Shown piece by piece: positions 62,709 to 64,000 of a stretch of 64,000 nt of DNA. Under the pieces are notes generated by a model. That model had not been told where the DNA came from. It did not search any database and saw only the letters and a list, made by a program, of their open reading frames with translations. Position numbers and translations under genes: made by a program. The first letter of the stretch is position 1, and every line of letters begins with the position of its first letter. This DNA is from Lama guanicoe (taxonomy: Eukaryota): the NCBI GenBank assembly GCA_013239625.1, contig MU054049.1, positions 1,191,015 through 1,255,014 of the forward strand, read 5' to 3'.

Positions 62709-62734
62709 CGGGGGCCGGAGCCCGCGCCAACAGC
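62709..62734 (-). CDS. VSTM4: VSTM4 exon 1, 3' part (signal peptide end, LLARAPAP); start codon hidden in N gap
   Basis: Minus strand reads g ctg ttg gcg cgg gct ccg gcc ccc G|GTAAGC. The phase-1 donor joins exon 2 AG to give GAG (Glu). Confidence 0.93.
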
Positions 62735-62860
62735 NNNNNNNNNNNNNNNNNNNNNNNNNNNNNNNNNNNNNNNNNNNNNNNNNNNNNNNNNNNNNNNNNN
62801 NNNNNNNNNNNNNNNNNNNNNNNNNNNNNNNNNNNNNNNNNNNNNNNNNNNNNNNNNNNN
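62735..62860. other. Assembly gap (126 N)
   Basis: Run of N inside the CpG island. Confidence 1.
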
Positions 62861-63344
62861 CGGCCCCCGCCCCTCCGGCCGCCCGCCCCCGCCGGGCCAG
62901 GGCCTCTGGGCGCCCAGAGCCGCGCGGGGCAAAGGCGCAGCCCCGGCAGGCCGTCGCTCCGCCACCTGCAGGCGTGTCATTTCACCACCCCCATTTCACA
63001 GATGTGAAAACTGAGGTTCTGGGAGGCGATCGCTCAGACACAGAGAAGACATAGCTGCAGCAGCATTGGCGGGTTCTTGGCATCACAGACACAGTTATTG
63101 CTAAGGGGAGGGCGTCTTGGAGATTGAGAGGGGAGACTACCAAATGCAGGGGCTTCCCTGACCCATGGCTAGCCTGCTGCCCAGCTGACCTCCTGCAGTC
63201 GCTTCACAGGGACCTTGGGAGCCAAGGAGAAGCTGAATTTCCATAGGAAGGTAGAGGGGATCAGGGATGGAGACCCTTGGAAAACTGAGGTCTATGAGGT
63301 AAGTTCAGAGGGTGTGGACACTATAAATAATAATGGCGGCTTAG

Positions 63345-63585
63345 GGTGCCCTCACCCACAGACCTAGGGTAGATACTTTGCACCATGTCACTGAATCCTG
63401 CCCCTGTGAGACTCTGGGGCACTTAATCTCCATGTGCCTCAGTTTCCTCCATCTGTACAATGGGAAAGTGGTTATATCCCTCATTAGACATTTAAGAAGA
63501 CCAAGTGAGACAGTTCCAGTTAAGGTACTGCTCCTGGCCCCCGGCCTGTGCATGTCAGTTCTTTACTATTATGATTATAGATAAG
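63345..63585 (+). mobile_element. MIR SINE upstream of promoter
   Basis: ggggcacttaatctccatgtgcctcagtttcctccatctgtacaatggg. Confidence 0.75.
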
Positions 63586-64000
63586 GAAGCAGAGGAGATG
63601 CAGGGGCTGTCCCTGGTCACACAGCCAGGGAGCAATGACAAGACCACTCAGCCCAAATCGCCTGAGCCAATGCCTGGTCTCTTTGCCATGGATCTAAATC
63701 TGGGACCTGAGCCTGACTGATGTGTTAGTCCAGCATCACTAGAATAAGGAAAGTGTACGTTAGGTGGGTTTTGTGTGTGTCTGTCAGGGGAGGGCTTTGT
63801 GGGGTTGCACAAACGGTGGCCTTCGCTTTGGAGTGGGTCCCTGGAGAAAGAAGAGAACAGGCCCCCCACCCCCCGTCTCCTTTTCTCTAAGAGCAGTGAA
63901 TAAGGGTGAGGAAGGCTTGGAGAGAGAAGAGGTGCTGCCCGCTGGTGGTGCTCAGCCCCAGGACGGGTCCCACGGGGAACGTCCACCCTGCAGCCCGGGC

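Larger units (their letters stand above)
4281..62734 (-). other. VSTM4: VSTM4 gene span visible in window (coding exons 1-7; 3' exon 8 outside window, 5' end of exon 1 in assembly gap)
   Basis: Spliced exons give ...LLARAPAP/EVCGALNVTVSPGP...ATEMR/VISLKAPEDSSFEKKKETWAFFE/DLYVYAVLVCC...KRKSR/VRHYLVKCPQNS/SGETVTS...PPAVPAK/APIATTFHKPKLLKPQRKVTL, which matches the known VSTM4 protein. 805 coding nt are visible and all introns are GT-AG. Confidence 0.97.
62230..62970. promoter_or_regulatory. CpG island / VSTM4 promoter with GC boxes
   Basis: Very GC- and CpG-rich sequence around exon 1. GGGGCGGGG-type Sp/KLF boxes on the minus strand at about 62864-62892, upstream of exon 1. Confidence 0.9.

Noticed and set aside
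62107..63054. Long ORFs (315/217/159 aa) across the CpG island
   Set aside because: Stop-poor GC-rich DNA, and the ORFs are artificially extended through 126 Ns.
1..64000. CRISPR arrays, operons, rRNA, snoRNA/miRNA, processed pseudogenes
   Set aside because: No regularly spaced repeats, no prokaryotic gene structure, and no recognisable RNA gene or retrocopy by eye. An Rfam/BLAST search would be needed to exclude small RNAs fully.

Overview
Mammalian genomic DNA, most likely camelid (Vicugna/Camelus): the young repeats are tRNA-Ala-derived Vic-1-like SINEs and one L1 lineage, and I recognised no Alu, B1/B2, Bov-tA/BovB or PRE1. Almost the whole window is the minus-strand gene VSTM4 (V-set and transmembrane domain-containing 4, C10orf72, the peptide Lv precursor). 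Coding exons 1 (partial; ATG inside a 126-N gap) to 7 were located by hand, with GT-AG boundaries and consistent phases. The terminal exon 8 lies beyond position 1. A CpG-island promoter sits at about 62.2-63.0 kb. The introns hold many L1, L2, MIR, MaLR, ERVL and ERV1 LTR, hAT and SINE insertions, several with readable target-site duplications (TSDs). I found no convincing novel system. The best leads are the peptide Lv cleavage architecture, a possible secreted read-through isoform, a candidate conserved enhancer at about 45.1-45.8 kb, an intact ERV1-type solo LTR and some unusual retrotransposition products. Repeat family names come from remembered consensus motifs, not from a search, and boundaries without a TSD are approximate.
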